Assembly (NCBI GenBank): GCA_030141605.1
Contig: JAQGDQ010000349.1
Coordinates: forward strand, 62,001 to 126,000
Length of the DNA stretch: 64,000 nucleotides
DNA from: Tubiluchus corallicola
Lineage: Eukaryota > Animalia > Priapulida
Direction of reading: 5' to 3'
Position 1 is the stretch's first letter, and the number at the start of each line of letters is the position of its first letter. Of the stretch, positions 1 through 13,667 are shown piece by piece. A program made the translations under genes and the position numbers. The notes beneath the pieces were generated by a model, which was given only the letters and a program-made list of their open reading frames with translations, did not search any database and had not been told where the DNA came from.

Positions 1-84
1 AAGTAAACATTATATATAAATCTATTTATAGATAGCATTACCATATGAACACCAGCAAGGAACTACTTCGCAGGCTAGTCTTTG

Positions 85-304
85 TCACTCTTGTGGCAAA
101 ATCGTTTCTGATTTTATACAGCCGTAAGAACTCTGTATGTGCCGGTACAAGTTTCGGTATAAACTGTGCCATACGTTGTTTGCCAAGGTGATGGATCTAC
201 GCAAACATTTTGAAGATTGTCATGATTTCCATAAATGCATATGCGACAAGATGTTTGCGAATTTGGAACTGCTGCAGCCCATCCAAGCGACAGCCACAGT
301 TGTC
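85..304 (-). pseudogene. possible frameshifted exon of a secreted Ly6/three-finger (Quiver-like) protein
   Basis: ctctgcag acceptor, then LWLSLGWAAA-VPNSQTSCRIC..VCVDP..ETC and, after a 1-nt shift, SSYGCIKSET. Confidence 0.3.
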
Positions 305-984
305 CTGCAGAGATAGTCACAAGCAAACAAACAAATAGCTAAATAAATAAATCAAGGAATGGCAGAACAAATTGTTAGAAGAAAAATTAAGAAAATGAGG
401 AACAAGTAAATGAAAAATATACGTATCAGTAGGTTATAGACAAGAGGAAAATAAGCGTTTTGTTGAAATGACAAAAATTCAAGGACCTCAAAAAGAGAGG
501 TGCTGACCCTTTCATTTGTTATCTGAGTTTTTGAGTAAGAATAATAATTTTTTTAATCATATAAATTTCCAGTTCTCAACGCTTATCTAACACTTTAGTT
601 ATTTAGAGTTAGACTGCATTGCAGCTCTGTTAGATTTAGTATAACGTCTACCATATGCAGTTTTATTAGTCTCAACTTATTTGATAATAATATACTGTTA
701 ATAAAAATAATTGTTGATTTTTGACTTGATCTTGTTCAATAATGCAAATTTCCTGTTGTGTTAAATGATTTGTGCGTATTCTTTTACATTTATAGGCTCT
801 CAAAAATCACAAACCAAAAAAGAATCTAACCTCAAGCCAATGCCTGTGTTGGGTCTCTTTCGGGTCTTTGGCATCATTATGGTTCATGTGTTTCTTTATC
901 ACATTGAACTCGGTGCTGAAACACAGCTGTCCATACTGCTGCAGGACCACGGAGCCTGCGTGCCCTTTTATACCAGTTAGGTAT

Positions 985-1230
985 ACCATTCGGAGAGAGT
1001 CTCAAATGTGCTAAATATCGAACTAGAATCTTTAGAATCAAGGCGGGAGAAGGCTTGTATCAAATACATTATTAATCGACTTTAATTTGAATTTGTGCTG
1101 TTACTAAAATTACTTTATTCAAATAGACGCTACCAGCTCAACCTGTCAAGTGAGAACAAGCAGACATAAAAATGGTTTTATACCGTCAGCCGCTGCTCTG
1201 TTCAATAGGCATCTCCATAAATTGTAAAAT
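985..1230 (+). mobile_element. decayed LINE ORF2 3' fragment (L2/Crack-like)
   Basis: Translates to ELESLESRREKAC ... RTSRHKNGFIP, typical of ORF2 C-termini. Confidence 0.4.
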
Positions 1231-1479
1231 ACAATGATGAATTTTAAGCGTATAACATTTTTATGCGAAGAATGCATAATATGTACTTTTTATGTGTATG
1301 CCATTCTTGAATTTTATTGCGAATTTGTGATTTTATGTAATTGTACATTGCATATGTTATTTAGTGTATCGTTTTATATAAAATTTGCCACCATACTAAA
1401 TTAATTCGCGATACCACGTACCAATTCCCGATGTTACTAATTTCACTCTTATGCCATCATTGTTAAGAAACTCAAGATT

Positions 1480-2490
1480 TCAATAACTGGCTAAGAAGAG
1501 CAATATTGTGTTCTTACCGAACATCTTGAAAACCAGTAGCGTCTTATCACTATAATAACCAGCCATTAACAAATCAATTAAAGTATAAACTATATACCTT
1601 TAACTTGATTAGTTTGTATAAGACATTTGTTAGACGTGTTATAGAATATGGTATTGTAATTTGGTCAAATTGCTCAACGGCAAATTTCATTAGAATTGAA
1701 AGAGTGCAATGTTGAACTATGTTGCTAATTTCTGGGGCGATGAAGGGATCTAGCCAACACAATCTTAACTCAGTGCTCGGTTTGCCACCATTCAAAATAA
1801 GGAGTGAAGGTCAAACCGTTCGAATAATCAAAAAAAAAAATATTATAATCAAGCTCTTCAATACTTGATTGGAGTATTAAATGAGTTTCGTCCCAACAAC
1901 CACTATGCTCTACGTGACCCATTTCTTTTAAGGCCTGCACGGCAGTTGTATAATAGTTTTTTTCCAAAATGGCATCCGCCTATGGAATAGTTTATCAGTT
2001 AAAAACAGACATGCTTTCCTTTCTCCATTTGCCTTTAAAAGTAGATTGTTGAACCTATGGGGAGTTCGTACTAAATCAGTATGCCCCAATTATAATGAGA
2101 TTTCAACAAATAGATTTATTGCCAGTTTTTCGCAATTAAAAGGTGATTTGTTTTCCAGGAATATTATCTTGTAGCTGCAACAATTCGACTGAAAGCCCCG
2201 CCATTATTTTTTCGAGTGTTCAAACTATGACAAACACAGAACACTATTACTGGATCAGCTATGTTATTATCGGCACAAAACTCAAGAATTACACACCAAC
2301 CCTATACCTACTATTATATACGATGATATTTTTCATGAACTCAGATCAGGTCATCCATCCAGTGACATTCTCTTCAAATTGCTGCAGAACTCCATAAAGT
2401 CCACTAAAAGTTTTGTTAACCGATTGTGCGTATAATCACATTTTCAGATATTATGTAGACTGCCTTTCAATCATGTACTCATTAATAAAC
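1480..2490 (+). mobile_element. decayed non-LTR retrotransposon ORF2 C-terminal region
   Basis: LISLYKTFVRRVIEYGIVIWS..RIERVQ..LISGAMKG..LGLPP and a disrupted CSC..ESPA(H)..EC zinc knuckle; several stops and frameshifts. Confidence 0.75.
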
Positions 2491-4216
2491 AACTTATGTT
2501 AGAATCAACTATATGTACTGCTTGTAATAACTGTTAATACTGCACTAATTGTATTAATTCCACATGTATTGGATTTCTGAATTAAGTAAAATATTGTACA
2601 TTACAATGTACAACTTGTACTTTGCATGGGCTTATAGGCTTATGTACATCGAGAATCGCTTCTGTTATAGTATCTATTGTATGGGTTGTAAATTTTAATT
2701 AAGTATTAACTAATGAACTAGCCGTATCTTTGAATTAACTATTTTGAGTTATTACATACTCAAACTAACTATTTGTATATTTCTTCACTGCACATAGTGG
2801 AAATACAGAGAGTAATAGTTATTGTGTTGTAAATCCACTCAAAATAAATAAAGTTTATATCATTATATCACAAATCAATTGCTTACTTCAGTGGCTGGAC
2901 CAACTTATTGTAAATGACTGTGGTAAGTGCCTTAATCTAAGAACCCCTTTTATACTAGGTAGAAAGTGTTCTACCAGTTGTGGACGTTTTGGATCCGGGT
3001 CTAACGTAAACATTCACACTATGAAAGGCCACTACGGGTACTGGACATTCCGTGACAGTCTCCGTATGTGGTATCTGAAGTTCTACATAGCCATGTAAGC
3101 AGGACATATACCCATCATCTATTTACTCGATATGCTCAATGTGCTAGCTAAGTATGGTACGATTGTGATGCTACCACAGCTCAACTCTGACTAAGCACCT
3201 TTCATTGCTTTGGTATGTTTTCCTTTGTAACTTTTTCCTGTGTTCCATCATTTGCCTCGAACATTTGAAGTTTTATTTTTTAATCAATCACACACTGAAT
3301 GATTTTCTCACTATTCCTTTTGCGATTCCCAAGTCAGAAAATAGAGGCACTACTTACTTGCCATAAGACTCCTTTCTCTTTCTTTGATAAATTATGATTT
3401 TGTAACTTAATATGGAAGTGCAGTTCTTCGAAACGTGCTGGTTCACTTCCGTTAAAAAATTCATTCTCGGAAATGTTTGTTTGCCCTCTCAGCAGCCCAT
3501 CTATTTTAGTGACCAGTCGTCTATTATACAGGCTTCATTTGAACAAATACATTGGCAGGCGTAGGCGTACAATTTACTTAGGGTAAATACTGCATATGTA
3601 ATCTGTATGCTCTCTATGATTTTGTGGTAATATCTCTACCATTGTTACAAAGTTAAGACAATTATCTAACCATGAAAGCTATTTAATGTTCTTTGAAAAT
3701 AACGCCCTTAACGAGCAACCTATTAAACGCGTGGAATATTGAGAAACATTACCTGCTGTAATTAATTTCTGTTAATAATTCCGAGAGAGTTTGCATAAAG
3801 CATTATTATGAAAGAGTAAATTGTGTTTTAATTGCTGAATAACTGGCTGATTACGATGTGTGCCTGGCGGGTTGATTACGATGTGTGCCTGGCGTAGTTA
3901 CGTGTTCGGTAAAGACCTGGATGGCTGCAGAAACTGCATTAAACCAGGTAGTGACTTTATTTTAATTCTGTTCGGCTGTGAAAATTGTTTGGTGAGTAAA
4001 ATGGTGTGAGGGTCTCCAGGCAGACTGAGAAACCGAACCAAAAGCCAACAGATGCACATAGCATTAATAAACAAAACCACTATAATAGTTACACCAACTG
4101 TTGTATGTTGGGATTGTGACTTACTGATGTCACAGTAGCTTCTTGGCCGTTGGCGCGAATTATTTAAATTACTAATAATTTTCTTTTTTACTAATGTAAG
4201 CCTGCCAAACAAGTAA

Positions 4217-4410
4217 CCAGACGGTTTAGTCTAGTGGTAACGCGTCCGCTTTCCGTCTGGGAGGTCGTGAGTCCGATACAGCGGCCAAAGACTTTAAAAA
4301 TGGTACCTGCTGTTGTCCTGCATGGCGCGTGGTATCAGTCGTCTCAACAGCTCTTTGGAGCTCATGTTACTTGTTTATCCTAAAAAACCACCTTTAAATA
4401 AAGATTATTA
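4217..4410 (+). mobile_element. tRNA-derived SINE
   Basis: A box TAGTCTAGTGG, degenerate B box GAGTCCGATAC, core CCAAAGACTTTAAAAATGGTACC, tail AATAAAGATTATTA. Confidence 0.6.
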
Positions 4411-5460
4411 TATTGAGCTGAACTGGTGAATGTGCATTGTACAGTTCTATTCATAGGCACCAGGCCAACCAACCTACAAGTAATGTTATGATTTACACTT
4501 TAAACTAGGAAGCCCATAACTTTACCTGCGATTGGTTGAGCAGTGGTTTCCTGTGGAAAGAACGAACACGTGACATCGTCAGTTGTCTGTTTTTTTTTCA
4601 TGGAATGCACTTCTTCTGTCTGCCTGCCAGGTGTCGTTGATTCTGTTAAGGTTTGAAGCATTATCATCAGAGGTTTTTTCTTGTGTTCTTCTCAGTCGTC
4701 CCTTTTGATTTATATGTGTTGGTTTTGGTGTTTCTTTCTTAAAATTTCTGGAGTGTCCGTTGTGCAGCGCTTACTCGCATTACCGATGGTGGGCCGTAAG
4801 GCTCTCTACCGGGTCGAACCCCGGAGCAATATTAATATTGTAAGCAAAAGTGCTATTCAGCTGAAACAAACTTGTGTTGATCATTTTTAAAACATACGTT
4901 AAAATTGACTAATCTTCTTCATTAACCATTGACGTCTATTTTGAAATCACTAGTAGCATTTTCGCCGCAGAGTTATCTCGACTAAATTGCAACTTTGGAA
5001 TACGCAAATATTTTTGCAAGAAATTTACATCCAAAGTAAAATATGTCGTCGAATTTTCTTCACCTCGTACGTACGTGTTTTATGTTTTGTGACCTAAAAG
5101 GTTTGCGGCGGTTCGCGATGGTCAAGTTTCGCGCATGTCAACTATGTTGGAGTATCACTGCATATAGTCATAGATTATATGCCGTATGACTCAAAAAGGT
5201 TAAAACTTCAGCTGAGTAAGCGAAATTTCAACTTCGTTGTGTGTGAGTCCATAGAGCGATATGGAGATTTGGGTAAATCTATTTTCGACACCATAAATCA
5301 AAGCCTATGGCAGAAAAATTCACTGTTGATTAAACGTAGCTACCAACATGTTTATCGCATTTATTCATAATGAACTTAGGCAAATTCGTTATACGATTAC
5401 TGATCAGACACGATTACTGAAGTCTAAAAACTGTCGTGCGAGCGCTATAGTACAAGGTAA

Positions 5461-5545
5461 ATAACCGAGTGGTGACGATATGTGCTTAGCCACCGAAGTT
5501 AAGCAAAGTTAGGCCAGTCAATACTGGATGGATTAATGACAATCG
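5461..5545 (+). mobile_element. 5S rRNA-derived SINE-like head or 5S pseudo-fragment
   Basis: CACCGAAGTTAAGCAAAGTTAGGCCAGTCAATACTGGATGG matches the 5S internal control region (A box, IE, C box). Confidence 0.55.
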
Positions 5546-7267
5546 GATTCAATACATGCTCTCGAAAGTTCCATGCACAACCTCTTTGCAGCAGGCGACA
5601 TATTTAGGCTAATCTGCACACAAATGTAGCTAAGAAACCTGTGTGTATTCAGTATCTCATCTGAGAAGATTACTCTTCATGATTAACCTGGCTTTAGACA
5701 TGCTCCTGTCCTGCCGCAACTATATACATTATGCAGACTCCCGCTGAGTTCTGGTAACTAACTTACGATTTGCTGAGTTATGCAAAAGGTCGACAAAGGG
5801 TACACTTTCCATTAAAATGGCGCAGGAAGAAATTTAAATTGTTGAGAAAATTTTTGCTTTTTAGAAAACAATGAATTACAAATAGCTGCAAGCTCCGTTT
5901 TTAAACTGCACATCATCGTACCGCTTAGCAGCTTGGTCGCCATGCTGCTTTATTCATTCTAAAACAATTCAACATCTTATTTCTGTTTCAAGTTTAACCT
6001 TAAAAAAAGAATCTTTTTGCCGCATGAGAAATACTGAAGGCAACTTGAATACACAGCAGCCGGTAGGTTAAAAGGAACGTTACGCTCGTAACAATTTAGC
6101 CTGAAATTCTAAGTACAATTATAGTGCAATAGACAAAAAAGCATTTATTCGAATCGAAAATTTTGATATAGAGTATAATATTAAGACCTTTCCAAACTAA
6201 TATTTTTTCTTGAATCATTTTGAAATCTTGTTCAACTGCTCAGCTGCTTGAACAAGCAACAATAGCAATAGTGACTTTGACAGTAAAAAATGAAAAGCTG
6301 CGGAATAATTTAACCAGAGAACAGACATTAAAAACGATGTTCAAGACTCTTAATACACTATTTCATTGATGATAGCTTGTTTCCTGCCTTCTGATGACAA
6401 ATTTTCAAGGCTTATTTAGTTATTTAATCTATTTTGTTCAGCTAAAGGTGTTAAAGTACAGGCTAATTTTATGCAACGTATTTAATTGTAATTGTTCCCG
6501 TTGTCGCAATTTTGGTCGCAAAAATAAATGATATAAAGATTCTTATAAAACCACTGCGATATATTATTGCAAATATTTAAGTAGCAACAATTAATCGGTA
6601 CTAAATTAATTCGTTAGTAAGATTATTGTCAGAGAAAATTTTGCCCATCTTCTCTGTCATTAAATTTTGTTTTTTTACTACAATTCGCTTAGTTTAAAGG
6701 CATAAATGAATATCAAAAACAAATCCATTTTTTATATAATTCGGCACATTCATGCAGGATGAAGCAATCAACGGACAGGGTTTACTAAACATTATGTTTG
6801 ATACGAGACCAGAACCTAGCACATTTGACACATCTTAGTCACTTTCCTCTTGCCCGCTTGCATATGTGCATCCTTCTCAATGAGGTAAAAGATCAGACAC
6901 TATAGCGAATGAAACCGCCAAGAGCGAGTATTGAACCCAGGTTGTGACGAGTCATTCACTGGTCAGACCCGGTGTGTCTTAATTTCGGTCGCGAGCGACA
7001 TTCGCGTGACTACTTGGTCAATCAATCCACATTAACGCAAAATAATGTTACCCTATATCACAAACAAAAATTATGACGTAGGCCTGGACAGTAAAAAGTA
7101 ACAAATAATAATTACACAGAAAATGAATATTATCGAGAATTATAGAATAATGTTTTTTCCATTTTATTCTGTTAATATGAGCATCTGGGCGGTGACACAC
7201 TTATATTTTTGTAGAAAAAAGTAACAACATTTCGTCTTCATTCAACTGCAAATTTATAAAGTACATG

Positions 7268-7363
7268 ACACAAACACTCACACACACACGCGCACACACG
7301 CACTCACGCACACGCACACGCACACGCACACGCACACGCACACGCACACGCACACGCACACGC

Positions 7364-7432
<69 letters not shown>
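7268..7432. repeat. compound (GCACAC)n/(CA)n microsatellite
   Basis: visible directly. Confidence 0.95.
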
Positions 7433-7434
<2 letters not shown>

Positions 7435-8986
7435 ATTTTTGTCGAAAAGATGAAAACCATCTTTTCGTATTTTCGTCACACTTCGTTGAAATTTGAATGA
7501 TTTCACAAGAAATTGGCAAAGTTGCTCGACAAAAGTTGGAAACATACCGATACACTTGCATTTTGGAGGACACAATATAGCATATTAAATAAGCTAATGA
7601 TTATAGATCAAATGCAAGACTGTACGTAATCTCTGACGTGATAATAACCATCTATATCGCACTACTGTACTAACATTGTGAGGATACAATACTGTCATCA
7701 ACTGTGCTATTTGCAGATTCACATCAAATAGATAAAGTTTATAATATAAAATATAGTAGATAAAATTTGACGATCATACCACACTTGGGATTTATTGCAA
7801 TGTAAAATATTTTGATAAGCCACTGCTAGTCAACCCGGACTATTATAGCATTACGTTTCGAACAAAGACAAGATGATGAACGTAACAGTATTTGCAACTA
7901 CAGCAAAAAGTGTGTTACAACTTATCCGACGTCACCACTTATCCCAAAATTCCGACAGCCGCTTAGTTATTATGTAAATTAACACCACGCATTGCAAATG
8001 CGTATAACTAGGGTAAGTTAGTGCAAGTTGTGACATGAGAAAAACCTAATTAATTATTAAATGTTTTAATAAAACTGCTGCTAAAACTTACTTTGTACCA
8101 GGTGGCGCTATTGGGTTTTTACTCTTGCCCTTTCACTTTTGACAGAACAATGGTTGCAAAAATCACAACATGACTCCAGATGATTTCTTGCGATTCTGCA
8201 CGCGCCGTCTCTTGCTGGTGTGGGTGGCGGGATTCTCAGTCAGTCTTATGGGAAACTCGTCTTATTGCTTGGTCTTTACATTTTTATTAGAGAATCACTG
8301 CTGAAGTAGCTTCCGCGCCGCTAAATAGACGCTCTTTGACGACTCGTTGTGTAATAATTGCCGCGTCCAAATGAGGGATAAATGAGAGGCCGAGCGAGAA
8401 GAGAGGAGCACGCGCGCGCAGAAGACGGATACATTGAGCAGAATGCGTGATGCGGGCGGTGAGGGTGGTTTCATTTACACGTTGTGTAATAAAGTATCGA
8501 GAAAGAATAGACAGATGAACGAGAGAGAACGAGAAAGAGAGGGACAGAGTGGGAAGGAGAGGAAGAGAGAGAGAGAGAGAGAGAGAGAGCGGGATACGAG
8601 GGACCAGAAAGGGAGAAAGACAAAGTATATTTGTCAAAGTTTCAAATTCAGCAAAAGTTTTACTCATATTCGTAGTAATGTTTCACGAAGATTTTAATAC
8701 AAAGTGTCGAGAAATACACATCTGTATGGCGTATATTTGAATGTTTCTATTTATATGAGCAACTTGGTTGCTTGAATCCGCACACACGCAAAGAGGTCTT
8801 ACATAAATAGTTGAATGCTGAACAGAGTATCTTTAGGGATTCCACATAATTAACCGTGAAAAGGCCCTACAGTGTTCTATTCTAGGGTGATTCTGCTGTT
8901 TATTATCACCATAAGCATTAATTCATTATCATTGTCATCACCATCATCATTATCATCAGCATTAATATCACCATGTTGTCAACGTT

Positions 8987-9104
<118 letters not shown>

Positions 9105-9469
9105 ACAATGTCATTATCGTTTTCTCGCATCCGTTTGCTTCACTCCATTTAACATATTTTTTTACTTTTGTTGTTGTTTATGTCATTAATATAGTCTTAT
9201 CCATGTTGAGCGTAGATGCTTCTGCTACGCTCATAGCACTGTAATGCACTGTTAATTTGTAATTTTATAACTTATAATTGTGTTGTGCTAAATGGATGAA
9301 CAAATAAATCGAAATCTAAATCTAAAACTCTTTAGCTATAATGTGGCCTGGTTATATTCATGTGCAATGCGTGACGTAAGGCGTTTGTAAACGCCTTAAG
9401 TTAAGATGAGGTCGGTCATATTTACGTAGCTTTTCTTTTCTTTGTTTTTAAGACATTAACACAAATCAC

Positions 9470-10330
9470 TGTCTTGTCACTTGGTACGTGCAAGGCATTT
9501 GTACTTTGGAGATTCTTTTGGATGACCCTGCGAGCCATACTACAACCAAATGAATTGCACATGATTATAATTCTACTGAAGGATGTCAAACCAGTGTAAA
9601 AATTGTGAACACCTTAGGAAGAATTTTCCGTACAAATGTTGGGATTCCATAAGGGGACTACCTATGTCCTGTGTTTTTCACGTTCTACCTGGCAAAAGAT
9701 CCAAATTCCTCCTAATGACGATCATGATTAAGACACCACTGTCAGCGATATCCTTCGATAAGCTGTTATGGACTAATGCCTACCGCGCCTTGGAATCCTA
9801 CGAACCGTTCTCGATGGATCAACAATACGCAGGTGACTTAGGCTGGATTAGTGAATCAAACTTTCAAACTGACACAAAAAATGAATTTTCTGAAATAAAA
9901 ACTAATACGTAGACCATTCAAATATAGAAGAATGCAATACTGCCAGAAATTCTAACCAGTCATGTTTATGTGCAACAACGAAACATGGGTTTAACGATTA
10001 CACAGGAAGAGTAGATTAGCACGTTTCGTGGAAGGAAACCTTTAAAGATGGCCATTCATAATCAAAAATAATAATTTGAACATTAGAACGACAGAAATTC
10101 CTTGGAGTCCAAAAGTCACGTACAGAAGATTTCCCAGTGAGGCACCTGTAAGAATCCTTAGAAGAAGCCTTAAAATCTTGCAAAAAACCACTTGATAAAC
10201 CAAAACCAATTTGGATAGCTAAGACAAATAAAGATGTTCAATAATTTTAACCAAATCTAGCTTTAGGAGCAGAAGAATTTATGCTATTGGCTCAGACAGG
10301 AGAGGGCGGAATTCTCTAATAAACGGCAAT
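9470..10330 (+). mobile_element. decayed non-LTR retrotransposon reverse transcriptase
   Basis: KAF..ILLDD; TNVGIP*GDYLCPVFFTFYLAK (GxPQG motif) from 9632; DQQYAGDLGW (YADD-derived). Confidence 0.75.
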
Positions 10331-11196
10331 TCCTAGATGTCTGCAACGATTTTGTTTTCCAAATGTATGTGTGGCACACGTCTCGAATATACTGAGCGGG
10401 CGCATGCAGTGTGAATTTATTTCTTCTCAAGCAAATTTTTTCAGTAGTGCTTTATTATTTTATCAGTTTATCTCCAAAATTAACATATCGCAACTGCAAC
10501 GTCATTAATTTCACAAATCTAAAATCACAAGGATGTTGATTCGCTATATTTTTCAGTGAGGGGCAAACTCAAGTGCTGATGACACTAATGGGATAAATCT
10601 TCACTTCTGTGCATTGTATATAATTATCAGAAAATGCAATCATTAATAATTATGTGTATATTTTAATCCGGTGTTTTTGCTTTCGTTTTGCATCAGGTAT
10701 GAAACACAACTATACAGGAAACAGCAATATGTACTTCATTTCACTAAAACGTTTTCAATAGTGCCACTGTGAAAATTATTTACTTCAAACAGGGAAATAA
10801 TGGAGTTTCAAACCTCCTGCTCTTCATTGGATATTTCACTTTCAAAAAAACAATAAAAAATCAATTTTGAAAAAATCGACGCTAAGTTGATAGTCATTAC
10901 TGTTCAGCATATGTAAAGTTAAAAACAATATGAGTTTACTTTTTGTCATATAAACAGTAAATAAAGGTAGGCTTACTTTCAGGATAATGACGAGACTGGC
11001 ATCGGCTTCTTGTTCTTTTCTATGGTATTTCGTTGGACCTTTATTGTAATTTTAAAAGAGAATTATAAGTTAGATTTACAAGTGCACCACCAGGGGACTA
11101 CTGCACATGAAAATAACAGAAATGGATGAGAGAAATAAAGACTGTGCGAGGTTGAGAGCGGAAAGCAAGCCAAGAATGTAAAGAAATATTAAAGAC

Positions 11197-11565
11197 TTGT
11201 GGTGAGCATTCTCAACTGGAACGCGAATTCGAATCAAACAGCATTTCAATATTTCGAATCTGAATCAAATTCGAATTGAGTTGGAAAGATTTTCGAACAA
11301 GTTTTCGAACCACTAGTAAAAACTGCTCTTACGAAGATTATGCATATTATTTGTCTTTGTTCTGCAGTAAACCACTATTAGTTTGTAAAAATTTGCACAG
11401 AAACTGCGGCTAAGTTGTGCTAATTGCATGCTTGCATTAATGATAAGGAACATATGTGGCTGAAGTGCTGAATTATTTGAATTTATGATTTTAGGTTAGA
11501 ATCGAGTTCGAACTAAAATAACTCGATTCGAACGTCCCAACTCCAACGTTCGATGGTCACCCCTA
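11197..11565. mobile_element. hAT-type MITE
   Basis: perfect 8-bp TSD TTAAAGAC (11189-11196 and 11566-11573); imperfect TIR TTGTGGTGAGCAT / TAGGGGTGACCAT; subterminal TTCGAA repeats. Confidence 0.85.
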
Positions 11566-13667
11566 TTAAAGACCGGTCATCCTGAACAATTATTTGAAGA
11601 CTATAATAGCTTAGTTTAATCCTTAATTGCCGTAGAACTTAAAATCATAAAACAAATCAAATTTTACTCTGTGAGCAGTTTTCTGCAGTTCGAGAACATC
11701 TTAGTCACCAATTATTGCAATTATCCCAGCTCGCGTGAAGACGTCATTATCACACATTATCCACACAGTCCAGCCCTTAATGTGTTGCGAACACTTAGTC
11801 ACGAATTCATAGCAAATCTGTGCAGAACGTTAACCCACAGCAATTATTGTTTTCACTGCCACTTATGAACAATAAGATTTCACAATGGGGCAATATTCTT
11901 GTTACATGCGCCATTCCACTTTCAGTTATGGCGCCAAAAGTGAAATATTTAATGACGACACGCGAACACGTGACCTTCTGCTTCTGCACGCGAGCAAGAT
12001 TGACACTTCTTGCTCGCTTTATAGGATTTCCAACTGTGCATAGAATCGAAAAGAGAACGACTAACAGCAAATTTTTGTAAGTTAAATGGGTGCGTTTGGA
12101 TTTATGAAAGCAATCGTGCGTTATTCTTAATTTGTTGTTGATGTTGTAAACTTCTAAACGCTAGAATGAGCGTTACAACGATAGAATGACGCAAGCAAGC
12201 CACCCACACTCGGTATCGGTATCGCATCGTTTTTTTGGGTTCGGAACAACACTGCTACACCGAAGGTATAGAAACCATACTGCGTGAGGATGAAAAACTA
12301 AAAGTTCTTATAGCATGTTGGTGGACTTTTTGGTGGTAGTCATCTTCTGCATGTATATATAATTAATCTTTAATCTTATAATTAAGTCTACCACTGATTT
12401 AATAACAACGATTCAACGATACAGCTTAATTGCGTTTAGCTTTTGTTTTGTTTTTGCGCCCACTGAATAATCATTTAAGCAGAGGGAATCGTACAGTACA
12501 TGTATAGCCGTTCATAAGCTGAATTTAAACTGCGGTGTACCACAGGTATCCACCCTAGGACCACTGCTTTTCCTTGTCCAAATTAGTGAGTATCACATAA
12601 AACGACTTCTAAGCCACTACCTTTTCTTATATACATTAATGAACTACCCTTTATTACTAATTTCAGTCCTCGAATTTACCCACTTTGCAAATCGTGTAGA
12701 ACAGAGACCTAAAAACGACTTGCAACTGTGCGAAAGCGAACAAATTGTCAGGTTAGTGACAGTTTCTAATCGCCTTTATTTACTATCATATAATGTGCTG
12801 CAATACGTAGTCCAGGCCTAATGCTTCTCAGGTGGTTGACGTTAAAGCCTGTTTTCAAGTACAGACAGTTGTCCTTTCGCACCTACTTTCGGTTCTCACA
12901 GACTGACCAAAATTCTATGGCCCTCCTTCGCTGGCTGTTCATTGTTGAAATTCTGTTGTTACTAAGCAGCTGCGGTCAGTTGCTTGCCTAATGTCTGCAA
13001 AGTAGTCTTCATGTGGGCCTATGTGGTATTACGGCATACAAAATACCTTTAGCTAACGATCAAACGAAGTCAAGCGAAATTAAATTGATTTTAAATGATG
13101 CGTATGTCCCATTTTACTTAAATAAATATATTATTTTTCCCTGGTGGTAAATAAAATAAGCTATTATAGGTAGTAGATCTCCCATATGTTAACATTTTTA
13201 TTGCAAGGTCAGTTGCAAGTGGGTCATCTTTAACAGTTGTAAAAAACGATTTCATATATTCAATTAAATTAAAAATCTGCACTGTTTTCTTCTGCCTCAT
13301 TACATCACCTTGTCTCTCTGCTTCTTTTCTTTTGTCACCTTCTCCTCTCCTTTCTTCAGCATCTTCCTGCTTTTTTGTCCCAGAACTATTTTTTCTGTTT
13401 TCTCCTATCTCCCCCGTTTCTTTTCTCTTTTTGCCTTTGCCAATTCCTTGCTTTCCCTTCCGGTTGTTTTTCTCTTGTTTTTCCATCGCATCTCATTTTT
13501 TATTTCCAGTCTCTTTTCTTCCCCCTTTCTTTTCTGTTTTGCTTTTTAACCTCCCTTCCAGCTTCCTCTGCTCGCCCCTTTCTTTCCTCCCTCCTTTTTT
13601 CGCCAACAATCCTTAATTCTGGTAAAAAGAATTCTGTTTTCAAACAATTGTTATCATAGACAAGAGT

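Noticed and set aside
5491-5545. Functional 5S rRNA gene
   Set aside because: Only ~50 nt match, with indels, and there is no oligo-T terminator at the expected position
13270-13620. Phe/Ser/Leu- or Lys/Glu-rich ORFs (also at 58571-58922)
   Set aside because: Strand-asymmetric polypyrimidine/polypurine tracts are open in several frames for compositional reasons
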